A DNA stretch of 64,000 nucleotides from an uncultured Candidatus Saccharibacteria bacterium (GTDB lineage Bacteria > Patescibacteriota > Minisyncoccia > RBG-13-40-8-A): NCBI GenBank assembly GCA_965231075.1, contig OZ246412.1:463282-527281 (forward strand), given 5' to 3'. Below, one piece after another: positions 39,690-48,782 of this stretch. The notes below the pieces were generated by a model. That model worked only from the letters and a program-made list of their open reading frames with translations, was not told the DNA's origin and did no database searches. A program made the position numbers and the translations under genes. Each line of letters begins with the position of its first letter. The stretch's first letter is position 1.

Positions 39690-40766
39690 ATGAAAACAGA
39701 AAACAAAACATCAGAATTAATGCAAACTCTTTTAGATCAAGAGACGGTTAGTATTCCCAAAGCTGGAGATGTTGTCGAGGCAAAAGTTATTGCTCTCAAA
39801 CCATCAATCATTTATCTTGATTTTGGTAATTTTAAGAGTGGCATTATTCTAGGAAGCGAGATTAAAAAACATCCTTTTGAATTTAAAAAGGTCAAACTTA
39901 ATGACATTATCACCGTCAAAATTATTTCTATCGACAATGAAGATGGATATGTTGAAGTTTCGCTTTTAAAGGCTGGCGAAGAAAAAACTTGGCAAGCACT
40001 TCGCGAAAAAATGGAAAGAAATGAGATAATCGACACATTAATCACCAAAGCCAATAAAGGTGGATTAATGGTTGAAATCGAAGGCGCGGAGGCGTTTATG
40101 CCTGTTTCTCAGCTGTCGTCTATACATTATCCTCGCGTAGAAGGTGGTGACAAAACTAAAATTCTTTCTGAATTAAATAAATTAATCGGCCAAACAATTA
40201 AAACAAAAATTATCGATGTTAATCAGCGAGAAAAGAAATTGATTGTTTCCGAGAAAGCGACCGAAGAAAAGAAATTAAAAATCGCTTTAGAAAAATATAA
40301 GGTTGGTGATACGGTTGAAGGAATAATTACAGGTATTGTTGATTTCGGAGCGTTTATTAAATTTGACGATCTAGAAGGATTAATTCACATCTCAGAAATG
40401 GATTGGCAAATCATTAACAACCCCAACGAAATCTTCAGTGTTGGCGATCAAATTAAAGCAGAAATCATTGAGATTGACGGAGATAGAGTTTCTTTGTCAA
40501 CGCGCGCTTTAAGAGAAAATCCTTGGACAAAAGTTGAAGAAAAATACCAAGTCGGACAGACCGTAAAAGGCACTGTAGTTAAATTTAATCCTTTTGGTGC
40601 ATTTATTAAATTAGATAAGAACATCCAGGGATTAGCGCATATTTCTGAATTTGGTACTGAAAAGAAAATGGAAGAAACTATTGAGATTGGCAAGGAGTAC
40701 GAATTCAAAATCATATCAATCAAGGCCTCGGAATATAGAATGGCATTGAAGCCAATCACAGAATAA
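39690..40766 (+). CDS. rpsA: 30S ribosomal protein S1 (4 S1 domains)
   Basis: Repeated S1 motifs NKGGL, DFGAF..GLIHISE, PFGAF..GLAHISE. Confidence 0.9.
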   Translation: MKTENKTSELMQTLLDQETVSIPKAGDVVEAKVIALKPSIIYLDFGNFKSGIILGSEIKKHPFEFKKVKLNDIITVKIISIDNEDGYVEVSLLKAGEEKTWQALREKMERNEIIDTLITKANKGGLMVEIEGAEAFMPVSQLSSIHYPRVEGGDKTKILSELNKLIGQTIKTKIIDVNQREKKLIVSEKATEEKKLKIALEKYKVGDTVEGIITGIVDFGAFIKFDDLEGLIHISEMDWQIINNPNEIFSVGDQIKAEIIEIDGDRVSLSTRALRENPWTKVEEKYQVGQTVKGTVVKFNPFGAFIKLDKNIQGLAHISEFGTEKKMEETIEIGKEYEFKIISIKASEYRMALKPITE

Positions 40767-40820
40767 AAACCTTACCTACCAGTAGGCAGGCAAGAAACAA
40801 AACACAATAACTAGACATTC

Positions 40821-40867
40821 AAAAATCTGTCATTATCCTTGACAGATTTTTGTTTTAAGATTATTAT
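40821..40867 (+). terminator. rpsA terminator whose 3' arm contains the -35 box of the next promoter
   Basis: aaaaatctgtca/tgacagattttt stem; TTGACA(40839)-N17-TATTAT. Confidence 0.65.
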
Positions 40868-40922
40868 ATAGCAACAATGCACTTTGTACGAATTATTGTT
40901 AAAATTATTTTTGGAGGTTTGA

Positions 40923-41393
40923 ATGTTTCTTCATCGTAATGAACGTATCATTTGGAGGAACGGTAGTCGGATGATCACAATGAAGTTTTTCATTGTTGGG
41001 GAGGTTAAAAGAGTTGACGGGAAAAGCTTTTTTATATCTCAATCCGTGTTCTGGGATTCAAGTCGATATCCTGATCCGACGAAACGAATTCTGGTTGGGG
41101 TTCGTTTCACCTTTTACGGGATTGATCCCGACGAACTAACGAATTACGAGGTAAAAGTTTCTACGAATAACGGATCACCCGTGGACTATTATCAAGAATT
41201 TAAACACAACGACTGTATTGTTCTTGAATATCGAAGCTACTATCCTTTGGTAGTGAAAGTTCATGATTATCCATTAAATAAGCGTTACGAATTCGTAGCG
41301 CAATGGAATCGCAAACCTCACGAATCTCAGTTAAATGATTTTATATTTGTTCTTTATGTTAAAAGTCATTCGGAGCCTCTAGGGAAAGATTAG
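40923..41393 (+). CDS. Hypothetical protein
   Basis: 156 aa with GGAGG Shine-Dalgarno, own promoter and downstream hairpin 41403-41445. Confidence 0.7.
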   Translation: MFLHRNERIIWRNGSRMITMKFFIVGEVKRVDGKSFFISQSVFWDSSRYPDPTKRILVGVRFTFYGIDPDELTNYEVKVSTNNGSPVDYYQEFKHNDCIVLEYRSYYPLVVKVHDYPLNKRYEFVAQWNRKPHESQLNDFIFVLYVKSHSEPLGKD

Positions 41394-41504
41394 TTTTTGT
41401 TGAACAGACTCCCCAAAACAGACGAAAGAAAGGAGTCTGTTTTTTTATTTTTAAGACCGATAGCGGGATTTGAAATTTTTATCGATTGTGGTATATTAAA
41501 GACT

Positions 41505-43319
41505 ATGAAAACATTTATTAAAAATATTCTAATTGCGTTTTTTGTTTTGCTTTTTATTTCAGCAATTTTTACGGCTTATAATTCTTCATACAAGATTTCC
41601 GAAAATATTCCCCTAAATCAAGTGGTTACTCTGATTAATGAAGATAAAATTGAGAAAATAACCATTCAGGAAAACAAGCTCACCATAGATTTAAAAGACA
41701 AGACTCAAAAAACTAGTCGGAAAGAGGGAGAACTGGGACTAAGCGAAACCTTGAAAAATTTAGGCGTTAATGAAGAAAAACTAAAAACTTTAAATTTTGA
41801 AATCAAAGAACAGTCTGGGACAATGTATTGGTTGAATATTATTTTGCCGTTTGTCTTGCCATTTCTTTTGATCGGTGCATTTATTTGGTTTATGTTGAAA
41901 CAAGCACAAAAGGGACAAACCCAAGCTATGTCCTTCGGCAAAGCCAATGCTCGTTTAAACCAGCCCGAAAAAGGCAAGAAAGTAACCTTTAAAGATGTTG
42001 CTGGCATCGAACAAGCCAAGGAAGAGCTGAAAGAAATTGTTGAATTCTTAAAAACCCCACAAAAATTCATTGATATCGGCGCAAAAATTCCGCGTGGAGT
42101 TCTTTTAATGGGTCCTCCGGGATGTGGCAAAACACTACTAGCTCGCGCCGTTGCCGGAGAGAGTGATGTCCCCTTCTTCCATATTTCAGGATCAGAATTT
42201 GTGGAAATGTTTGTGGGAGTTGGTGCTTCTCGAGTTAGAGATTTATTTATGACGGCTAAAAAAATGGCTCCAGCAATTATTTTCATTGATGAAATTGACG
42301 CCGTGGGCAGGCATCGTGGTGCAGGATTGGGCGGTGGACACGATGAGCGCGAACAAACCTTAAATCAAATTTTGGTTGAAATGGATGGATTTGATAACAA
42401 TACCAATCTAATTGTCATTGCCGCAACCAATCGACCAGACATTTTAGACCCAGCACTGTTAAGACCGGGTAGATTTGATCGCCGTGTTGTTTTAGATATG
42501 CCCGATATTAATGAAAGAGAAGATATTTTGAAAATTCACGCTAAAAACAAAAAGTTTACCGAAGAAGTAAAATTAAGACAATTAGCCGAAAGAACTCCTG
42601 GATTTTCAGGAGCAGATTTGGCCAACTTGGTTAATGAGGCAGCAATTTTAGCAGCGCGCAAAAATCAAAAATCAATCACACAATTAGATTTAATTAATTC
42701 AATTGAAAAAGTTTTACTTGGCCCAGAAAGAAAAAGTCATATCTATACAAAAAAAGAAAAAGAAATTGCTGCTTATCATGAAGCCGGGCATGCTTTAGTT
42801 AATGCCAGCTTAAAACATACCAATCCTGTACACAAAGTTTCAATTATTTCTCGTGGCATGGCCGGTGGTTATACTTTGACTATGCCCGAAGAAGATAAAC
42901 ACTTACACTCTCGTTCAGAATTTATCGAAGAACTTTCAGTTTTGTTGGGTGGTTATTGTGCCGAAAAATTAATTTTTAACGAAATTACTACTGGTGCCTC
43001 TAATGACCTCAAGGTTGCTTCTGGGATAGCTAGAGATCTGGTTTCTAAATATGGAATGTCAGAAAAACTAGGACCGGTTGCGTTTAATGATCATGACGAG
43101 TTAGTGTTTCTGGGTAAAGAAATTTCTGAGGGCAAAAATTATTCAGAAAAAGTTGCTTCAGAAATTGACGAAGAAATCAAGAAATTTATTCATGACGCGC
43201 GATTAGTAACTGAAAAAATTCTTAAGACCAAAAAAACCAAATTAATTCTGATTGCCAAAGAACTGATTGAAAAAGAAACAATCGAAAAAGACGAATTTAA
43301 AGCACTGATAAGTAAATAG
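41505..43319 (+). CDS. ftsH: ATP-dependent zinc metalloprotease FtsH
   Basis: [22 protein letters not shown]. Confidence 0.98.
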   Translation: MKTFIKNILIAFFVLLFISAIFTAYNSSYKISENIPLNQVVTLINEDKIEKITIQENKLTIDLKDKTQKTSRKEGELGLSETLKNLGVNEEKLKTLNFEIKEQSGTMYWLNIILPFVLPFLLIGAFIWFMLKQAQKGQTQAMSFGKANARLNQPEKGKKVTFKDVAGIEQAKEELKEIVEFLKTPQKFIDIGAKIPRGVLLMGPPGCGKTLLARAVAGESDVPFFHISGSEFVEMFVGVGASRVRDLFMTAKKMAPAIIFIDEIDAVGRHRGAGLGGGHDEREQTLNQILVEMDGFDNNTNLIVIAATNRPDILDPALLRPGRFDRRVVLDMPDINEREDILKIHAKNKKFTEEVKLRQLAERTPGFSGADLANLVNEAAILAARKNQKSITQLDLINSIEKVLLGPERKSHIYTKKEKEIAAYHEAGHALVNASLKHTNPVHKVSIISRGMAGGYTLTMPEEDKHLHSRSEFIEELSVLLGGYCAEKLIFNEITTGASNDLKVASGIARDLVSKYGMSEKLGPVAFNDHDELVFLGKEISEGKNYSEKVASEIDEEIKKFIHDARLVTEKILKTKKTKLILIAKELIEKETIEKDEFKALISK

Positions 43320-43329
43320 CACAATTCAC

Positions 43330-43398
43330 GGGCGTGTAGCTCAGCTGGTTAGCCTCTGGCCCTACGGGCCATAGGCCCGGAGGGAGCACTCATATGAC
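43330..43398 (+). pseudogene. Duplicated tRNA 5' fragment interrupted by a 32-nt palindrome
   Basis: First 23 nt identical to tRNA at 43667, then cctctggccctacgggccataggcccggaggg, then AGCAC resumes. Confidence 0.85.
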
Positions 43399-43650
43399 AT
43401 GTTTTACGTTTATCTTTTGAAAAGCTTAAAAGACAACAATTATTATATTGGTCAAACCGACAATATTAAAAGCAGATTAGATTACCATAACGGCGGGAAA
43501 GTTAAATCAACGAAGAATCGAATACCGTTTATTCTAATCGGAACAGAAGAATATCAAACGAGAAATGAATCGAGATGGCATGAATACACATTAAAGAATA
43601 ATACAAACGAAAAGCGAAAATTTATAAATAAATTTTCGCCCAAACCATAA
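43399..43650 (+). CDS. Small stand-alone GIY-YIG nuclease
   Basis: FYVYLL...YYIGQT..I..RL..HN.G...STK...E. Confidence 0.92.
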   Translation: MFYVYLLKSLKDNNYYIGQTDNIKSRLDYHNGGKVKSTKNRIPFILIGTEEYQTRNESRWHEYTLKNNTNEKRKFINKFSPKP

Positions 43651-43666
43651 AATTAAGACCATTGTC

Positions 43667-43740
43667 GGGCGTGTAGCTCAGCTGGTTAGAGCACGGCTCT
43701 TATAAAGCCGGGGTCGATGGTTCGAGTCCATCCACGCCCA
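43667..43740 (+). tRNA. tRNA-Ile(TAT)
   Basis: CGGCT-CTTATAA-AGCCG anticodon arm, A73. Confidence 0.92.
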
Positions 43741-43745
43741 TTTTT

Positions 43746-43772
43746 AAAACCCCCCGCAGTGCGGGGGGTTTT
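43746..43772. terminator. Bidirectional terminator
   Basis: aaaaccccccgc-agt-gcggggggtttt. Confidence 0.85.
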
Positions 43773-43777
43773 ATTAT

Positions 43778-44146
43778 TTACTCTCCAACTTTTATTGGTC
43801 TTTGAATAAAATCAACTGATTGAGGATTAACTTTTTGTTTGAAAATTTCGTATGTCTGCATTCCATCCTCTTCTCCTCTACAAGAATATAATCCAAAATA
43901 AATTGAATTATGCTCCGGATAAGTATGGATCGATACGTGCGATTCAGCTAACAATACCATCAAAGTAAATCCGTTTGGCTTAAAATTGTGGGATGCCTTT
44001 CCCAAGATCGTAAACTGATCTTCCTTTAATGCTCCTAAAAGAGCATCCTCAAGTTCGGCACTATTGTTGATAATTTCTTGATTTACGCCATGTAACACAC
44101 AAGAAATTTCGTTCCCCAACGAAGGGGACCGGTATGCGTCATCCAT
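43778..44146 (-). CDS. speD: S-adenosylmethionine decarboxylase proenzyme
   Basis: H.F.P.G.T...LLAESH.SIHTYPE, pyruvoyl-forming ES junction. Confidence 0.88.
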   Translation of the reverse strand: MDDAYRSPSLGNEISCVLHGVNQEIINNSAELEDALLGALKEDQFTILGKASHNFKPNGFTLMVLLAESHVSIHTYPEHNSIYFGLYSCRGEEDGMQTYEIFKQKVNPQSVDFIQRPIKVGE

Positions 44147-44226
44147 AAGCCACAAAATACTATTTTAAGCTTGCCTAAATTTAAAGGTTCTGCTATTATT
44201 AATTATTATAAATTTATAATAACACA

Positions 44227-44460
44227 ATGAATTTAGAAGCACAAAATGAACGAAATTCTTCCGAAAAATTAATCCTGGGAATACAACGAGAATTGATTTC
44301 GGAAGTCTGTGGCAAAGACCGTGCCAAACAAGCGCAATGGATAGATAAGTATAGTGAAATCTTTCGACAAATTGTCGAAACTGATCCTAGATTGGTTTGG
44401 GAATATCCTCACACGAAAGATGAATTAAGGGCGCTTCTTTACAAAGAAACAACACATTAA
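44227..44460 (+). CDS. Hypothetical protein
   Basis: 77 aa ORF, WI.KYS..FR pattern. Confidence 0.65.
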   Translation: MNLEAQNERNSSEKLILGIQRELISEVCGKDRAKQAQWIDKYSEIFRQIVETDPRLVWEYPHTKDELRALLYKETTH

Positions 44461-44465
44461 TTTAG

Positions 44466-44540
44466 GGGCGTGTAGTTCAGTGGTAGAACGCTACATTGAC
44501 ATTGTAGAGATCGGAGGTTCGATCCCTCCCGCGCCCACCA
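44466..44540 (+). tRNA. tRNA-Val(GAC), CCA encoded
   Basis: CTACA-TTGACAT-TGTAG. Confidence 0.95.
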
Positions 44541-45190
44541 TGGAAATACCAACCATTTTCGAGGACGACAATATTGTTATCATAAATAAGCCGGCGGGAT
44601 TATTAGTTCATCCGGTTACCAACGAAAAAGATACTCTAATCGATATTTTAAAAATCAAACACCCTAATGCTGAATTGGTTCACCGATTAGATCAAGACAC
44701 TTCTGGCGTAATGGTTATAGCAAAAAACAATCAGATCGCAGAATTTTTAAAACAACAATTCAAAGATAGAATTATCAAGAAAAAATACGTTGCCCTAGTT
44801 TATGGGATTTTAAAAGAAAAAAAGGGCATTATCGTTAAATCGATTTCCAAATCCAGAAAAAGGGGTGGCTCACAAACCATCGCACCAATTGGAAAAAATC
44901 GCGAAGCGGTTACAAGATACGAAGTTGTTCAAGAATTTGCTGATTATTCCTTATTAGAAGTTTCTCCCGAGACTGGCAGAACCCACCAAATTAGAGTTCA
45001 TCTCGCATCAATTGGGCATCCAATTGTCGGAGATGAAAAATATAAATTTAAAAGACAAAAAACAATCGAAGGTCTTAATCGGCAATTTTTACATGCTAAA
45101 TATTTAAAACTTTCTCTGCTTGACGGAGAAATAAAAGAGTTCTATGCTGAATTACCAGAAGAACTAAGTAATATATTAAAAAATATATGA
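44540..45190 (+). CDS. RluA-family pseudouridine synthase
   Basis: NKPAGLLVHP, VHRLDQDTSG, TGRTHQIRVH. Confidence 0.95.
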   Translation: MEIPTIFEDDNIVIINKPAGLLVHPVTNEKDTLIDILKIKHPNAELVHRLDQDTSGVMVIAKNNQIAEFLKQQFKDRIIKKKYVALVYGILKEKKGIIVKSISKSRKRGGSQTIAPIGKNREAVTRYEVVQEFADYSLLEVSPETGRTHQIRVHLASIGHPIVGDEKYKFKRQKTIEGLNRQFLHAKYLKLSLLDGEIKEFYAELPEELSNILKNI

Positions 45191-45564
45191 CCAATAAATT
45201 AGATAAATTTAAAGAAAAATTTGTGAAGAAAGATATCCCAGAAATTAGAACTGGTGATATTGTTAAAGTTCACATCAAACTTGCCGAAAAGACAAAGGCT
45301 GGCGGAGACAAAATCCAGATTTTTGAAGGACTGGTAATTGCCAAGAAACACGGAAAGGGAATGGAGGGAACTTTTACGGTTAGAAAAATCGCTGAAGGGG
45401 TGGGAGTGGAAAAGGTATTCCCTCTTCAATGCCCAACAATTTCTAAAATTGAAATCGTTAAGCACTCAAAAGTAAGACGCGCAAAACTTTATTACATGAG
45501 AGGAAGAATTGGAAAGAAAGCAAGAATGTCCGCCCTCGCCGAACCTACTACCGAAGCGAAATAA
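45187..45564 (+). CDS. rplS: 50S ribosomal protein L19
   Basis: GD.VKVH, Q.FEG.VI, VRRAKLYY.R. Confidence 0.97.
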   Translation: MTNKLDKFKEKFVKKDIPEIRTGDIVKVHIKLAEKTKAGGDKIQIFEGLVIAKKHGKGMEGTFTVRKIAEGVGVEKVFPLQCPTISKIEIVKHSKVRRAKLYYMRGRIGKKARMSALAEPTTEAK

Positions 45565-45570
45565 TCTTCC

Positions 45571-45654
45571 GCGCGGGTGCTGTAATTGGTAGCCAGGCTA
45601 GCCTAAGGAGCTAGTGGGAATTATCCCGTGGAGGTTCGAGTCCTCTCCCGCGCA
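45571..45654 (+). tRNA. tRNA-Leu(AAG)
   Basis: CTAGC-CTAAGGA-GCTAG, long variable arm. Confidence 0.9.
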
Positions 45655-45694
45655 TCAGATTAGATCCGACACGTCCGGTAATCAATTGTTAAAT

Positions 45695-45728
45695 AAAAAA
45701 TTACGACTTTACGGGTCGTAATTTTTTT
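45695..45728. terminator. Bidirectional terminator between convergent tRNAs
   Basis: aaaaaattacgac/gtcgtaatttttt. Confidence 0.8.
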
Positions 45729-45730
45729 GT

Positions 45731-45805
45731 TGGAGCGGAAGACGGGATTCGCACCCGCGACCTTCTCCTTGGCAAGGAGACGTTCTGCTGCTGAACTACT
45801 TCCGC
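45731..45805 (-). tRNA. tRNA-Gly(GCC), CCA encoded
   Basis: TCTCC-TTGCCAA-GGAGA; T-loop TGCGAAT. Confidence 0.93.
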
Positions 45806-45809
45806 AAGA

Positions 45810-45881
45810 TGCCGAGGGAGAGAATCGGACTCTCGACACCACGATTTTCAGTCGTGTGCTCTACCACTGAGCTACCCCGGC
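45810..45881 (-). tRNA. tRNA-Phe(GAA)
   Basis: CACGA-CTGAAAA-TCGTG; T-loop TCCGATT. Confidence 0.93.
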
Positions 45882-45914
45882 GTAATTTTATATTTATGAT
45901 ATCTTATCGTTATT

Positions 45915-46481
45915 TTATTGTAAAGGTTGAAGTACAATTTGTGACTCACCATTAATGCATTGATCAGCATCAAATCCTTGGTTTATCATTAACTGTTCTG
46001 CATAAATTGGAATCGTGTTTCCATTAGATAAGTTGCCCTGCACTCCAACATAAATTCCGGGAGGAATCGTGCATCCGTATCTAGTTGCTCCTAATGGCCA
46101 ATAATTATAATCGTACTCTCCTCCCCAAGGGGTAGTATCTGGCCAATTATTTGTATACGGTCCAGACCAATTTTGATTTATAATTGTTGTCCAGTTTGAC
46201 GGACAATGATCGCATGGGACAATATAGCTTTCGCCTGTAACATAATCATATGGCAATGAATGAGCTAGTCCAGGATCCCACCCCCTACTCACATCAGGAG
46301 GATAAAATCCCATATCGTTATAATAAAATTCTACCGCCAGTGCAAGATTTTTTGCTGTGCTCCCCGCCCCCACAACCCTTCCTTTTTCTTTAGCATTATT
46401 CATGCTCACTAAAACGATAGTTGCCAACAAACCAATAATTGCGATTACAACTAGAAGTTCTATCAATGTAAAGCTTTTCAT
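45915..46481 (-). CDS. Type IV pilin / GspG-like prepilin
   Basis: SFTLIELLVVIAIIGLLA, W.GPY, TPWG..Y.Y. Confidence 0.9.
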   Translation of the reverse strand: MKSFTLIELLVVIAIIGLLATIVLVSMNNAKEKGRVVGAGSTAKNLALAVEFYYNDMGFYPPDVSRGWDPGLAHSLPYDYVTGESYIVPCDHCPSNWTTIINQNWSGPYTNNWPDTTPWGGEYDYNYWPLGATRYGCTIPPGIYVGVQGNLSNGNTIPIYAEQLMINQGFDADQCINGESQIVLQPLQ

Positions 46482-46497
46482 TTTTTAAATATTTTAG

Positions 46498-46569
46498 AGG
46501 CCAGGATGGGAATCGAACCCATGTATAAGAGTTTTGCAGACTCATGCCTTACCACTTGGCGACCTGGCC
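46498..46569 (-). tRNA. tRNA-Cys(GCA)
   Basis: Loop CTGCAAA, U73. Confidence 0.93.
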
Positions 46570-46575
46570 AATATG

Positions 46576-46647
46576 TGGGCGATGTAGGAGTCGAACCTAC
46601 CGTATTCTGCGTGTAGAGCAGACGTTTTACCGATAAACTAATCGCCC
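46576..46647 (-). tRNA. tRNA-Val(TAC)
   Basis: TCTGC-TCTACAC-GCAGA (C33). Confidence 0.88.
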
Positions 46648-46696
46648 CTGCTGAGCCCCGCCTTCGCTAAAGCTACGGCGGGCAAGTAAACGCCCC
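46648..46696 (-). pseudogene. tRNA-like 5' fragment interrupted by a 30-nt palindrome
   Basis: Minus strand GGGCGTTTA[cttgcccgccgtagctttagcgaaggcggg]GCTCAGCAG directly before tRNA-Val. Confidence 0.7.
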
Positions 46697-46706
46697 AACA
46701 ACCATG

Positions 46707-46789
46707 TGCCGGGGGCGGGACTCGAACCCGCACGGTCGTGAGACCACAAGATTTTAAGTCTTGCGTGGCTGCCATTACACCACCCCGGC
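46707..46789 (-). tRNA. tRNA-Leu(TAA)
   Basis: CAAGA-CTTAAAA-TCTTG, long variable arm. Confidence 0.95.
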
Positions 46790-46799
46790 AAAACAATAT

Positions 46800-47132
46800 T
46801 TAATTTTTTAAACTTCTTAAAATTTCTTCTACTCTGCCTGCTTTTTCTTCGATTTTATCAATAACAAATCTGATCTTGGGAACAAATTTAATCACAATTT
46901 CTTTATTTAAAATTCTTTGTAAATTCGGCTGTTGTTTGTCTAAAACTTCTAAAACCTTTTTGGATTGATTAAACGGAATCACACTTATTTTTATTTTAGC
47001 ATATTTCAAGTCCTTAGAAACGTCAACATTTTGCACGGTAATAAAAACATCTTTCACAAAAATTTCTCTCACAAGAATTTCTGAAATTTTTTCTTGTATT
47101 AAACTATTTATTCTGCTAATTCTGTCCTTCAT
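46800..47132 (-). CDS. rbfA: Ribosome-binding factor A
   Basis: RI.RIN.LI, V.VSKDL.YAKI, VP.IRF..D; follows infB. Confidence 0.92.
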   Translation of the reverse strand: MKDRISRINSLIQEKISEILVREIFVKDVFITVQNVDVSKDLKYAKIKISVIPFNQSKKVLEVLDKQQPNLQRILNKEIVIKFVPKIRFVIDKIEEKAGRVEEILRSLKN

Positions 47133-47151
47133 TTGATTAAATCTTTAGCGA

Positions 47152-47256
47152 GAATTATTTGTATAAAAGTCCGCATCGCAGACCGACCGCAGTCGGTCGA
47201 GATAGAGTGGGATCCCGCATTGCGGGATCAACACGTGTCTTTTATATAAATAATTC
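47152..47256. repeat. Multi-hairpin palindromic element between infB and rbfA
   Basis: 18-bp outer stem gaattatttgtataaaag/cttttatataaataattc enclosing gaccgaccgcagtcggtc and gatcccgcattgcgggatc. Confidence 0.75.
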
Positions 47257-47270
47257 GAGCCTTATAATCA

Positions 47271-48782
47271 TTATAATTCGCGTTTTTTGTGTTCTGTTCT
47301 ATAACATTCTAAAATATCTCCTTCTTGAATAATCGCATCCCCCTCAAACAATAATCCTGCCTCTCTCCCTTTCTCAACCTCCGGCATATCTTTTTTATTG
47401 TGTTGTAGCTGAACTATTTTTCCTGTGCCAATCTTTTCTTCGTTACGAATAATATCAACCTGTGTTTTGTTAACAAATTTTCCTTCAGTAACCTTTCCAC
47501 CTAAAATCATTCTGGTTTTTTCGGTTTTAAAAATTGCTAGAACTTTTAATTTCCCCAAATTTTCTTTTTCCGCTAATGGATCTAATAATTTCGCTGCATC
47601 CTTCCTAATTCCTTCGAATAATTCATAAATAATATCGTATGATCTGGTTTTAATTTTTTTTCTTTTGGCCATATCAGCAACATCGTTGGCAATTTTTACT
47701 CTGAAGGCAATAATAATTGAATTTGTTGATTCGGCTAGTTTTATATCGGTTTCTGAAACATTACCCACGTCAGCTTTTAAAATTTTTAATCCTATTTCTT
47801 CTAAATTTAACTTTGCTAAACTTTCTCCAATTGCTTCAAGCGAGCCGTGAACGTCGGTTTTTAAAATTACATTTAAAGTTTTCCCTCCACCAACACCTTC
47901 GGCATTTGGTGTGGCAGCTTGTATGTTAAAATTTACAGCCGGTTTTACTGTTACTCCCTGGATCGCGGATTGTTCGTTATCGACCACCTGGAATTTACTT
48001 CCCACTACCGGCACTTCGTTTAGTCCTATAACAATTACTGGTGTGCTTGGGATTGCTTTTTCAACTCTTTGCCCATTATAATCTTCTAGCCCCCTAACCT
48101 TACCATAAGCGTTACCACAAACAATCCACTTGCCCACCTCTAATGCGCCACTCAGCACTAAAAACGTCGCTGTAGCCCCTCTCCTTGCGTCCATATATGA
48201 CTCTACAACTACTCCCGTGGCTGGCACCAAAATATCGGCTTTTAATTCTTCCATTTCCGCAACCAATAAAATCATTTCTAATAAATCATTGACTCCCGTA
48301 CCAACCAAGGCCGAAAGTTTTATTGCGGGAATTTTGCCGCCACGTTGCTCAACAACCAATCCTTCTTTTTCTAATTCACCAACTGCTTTTTCAAAATTGG
48401 CTCGGGGATTATCCATTTTGTTCACCGCCACAATTACAGGAATTTCTTCTTTTTTGATTGATTCTATAACCTCTTTGGTTTGTGGTTTTACGCCCTCTTC
48501 TCCAGCAATAACCAATACTGCGATATCCGCAGTTTTAGCACCACGCGATCTCATTTGCGAAAATGCTTCGTGACCAGGAGTATCGATAAAAGTAATCAAT
48601 TTACCATTATATTCGGCCTGATAAGCACCAACGTGTTGCGTGATTCCACCCGATTCTTTAGCAACAACATGAGTTTTTCTAATGGTGTCTAATAATGTGG
48701 TTTTCCCATGATCGACATGACCCAAAATAACCACAATTGGTGGTCGATTCATAATATTTGAATTTTGTTTTTCTTTCATCAT
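47271..48782 (-). CDS. infB: Translation initiation factor IF-2 (no N-terminal extension)
   Basis: RPPIV..LGHVDHGKTTLLD, GGITQH, DTPGHEAF. Confidence 0.97.
   Translation of the reverse strand: MMKEKQNSNIMNRPPIVVILGHVDHGKTTLLDTIRKTHVVAKESGGITQHVGAYQAEYNGKLITFIDTPGHEAFSQMRSRGAKTADIAVLVIAGEEGVKPQTKEVIESIKKEEIPVIVAVNKMDNPRANFEKAVGELEKEGLVVEQRGGKIPAIKLSALVGTGVNDLLEMILLVAEMEELKADILVPATGVVVESYMDARRGATATFLVLSGALEVGKWIVCGNAYGKVRGLEDYNGQRVEKAIPSTPVIVIGLNEVPVVGSKFQVVDNEQSAIQGVTVKPAVNFNIQAATPNAEGVGGGKTLNVILKTDVHGSLEAIGESLAKLNLEEIGLKILKADVGNVSETDIKLAESTNSIIIAFRVKIANDVADMAKRKKIKTRSYDIIYELFEGIRKDAAKLLDPLAEKENLGKLKVLAIFKTEKTRMILGGKVTEGKFVNKTQVDIIRNEEKIGTGKIVQLQHNKKDMPEVEKGREAGLLFEGDAIIQEGDILECYRTEHKKREL

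Noticed and set aside
43330-43740. tRNA intron encoding a GIY-YIG endonuclease
   Set aside because: The ORF is followed by a full tRNA rather than a matching 3' exon, and no group I core is evident
44480-44539. N-terminal extension of the RluA ORF
   Set aside because: Lies inside tRNA-Val; family similarity begins at ATG 44540
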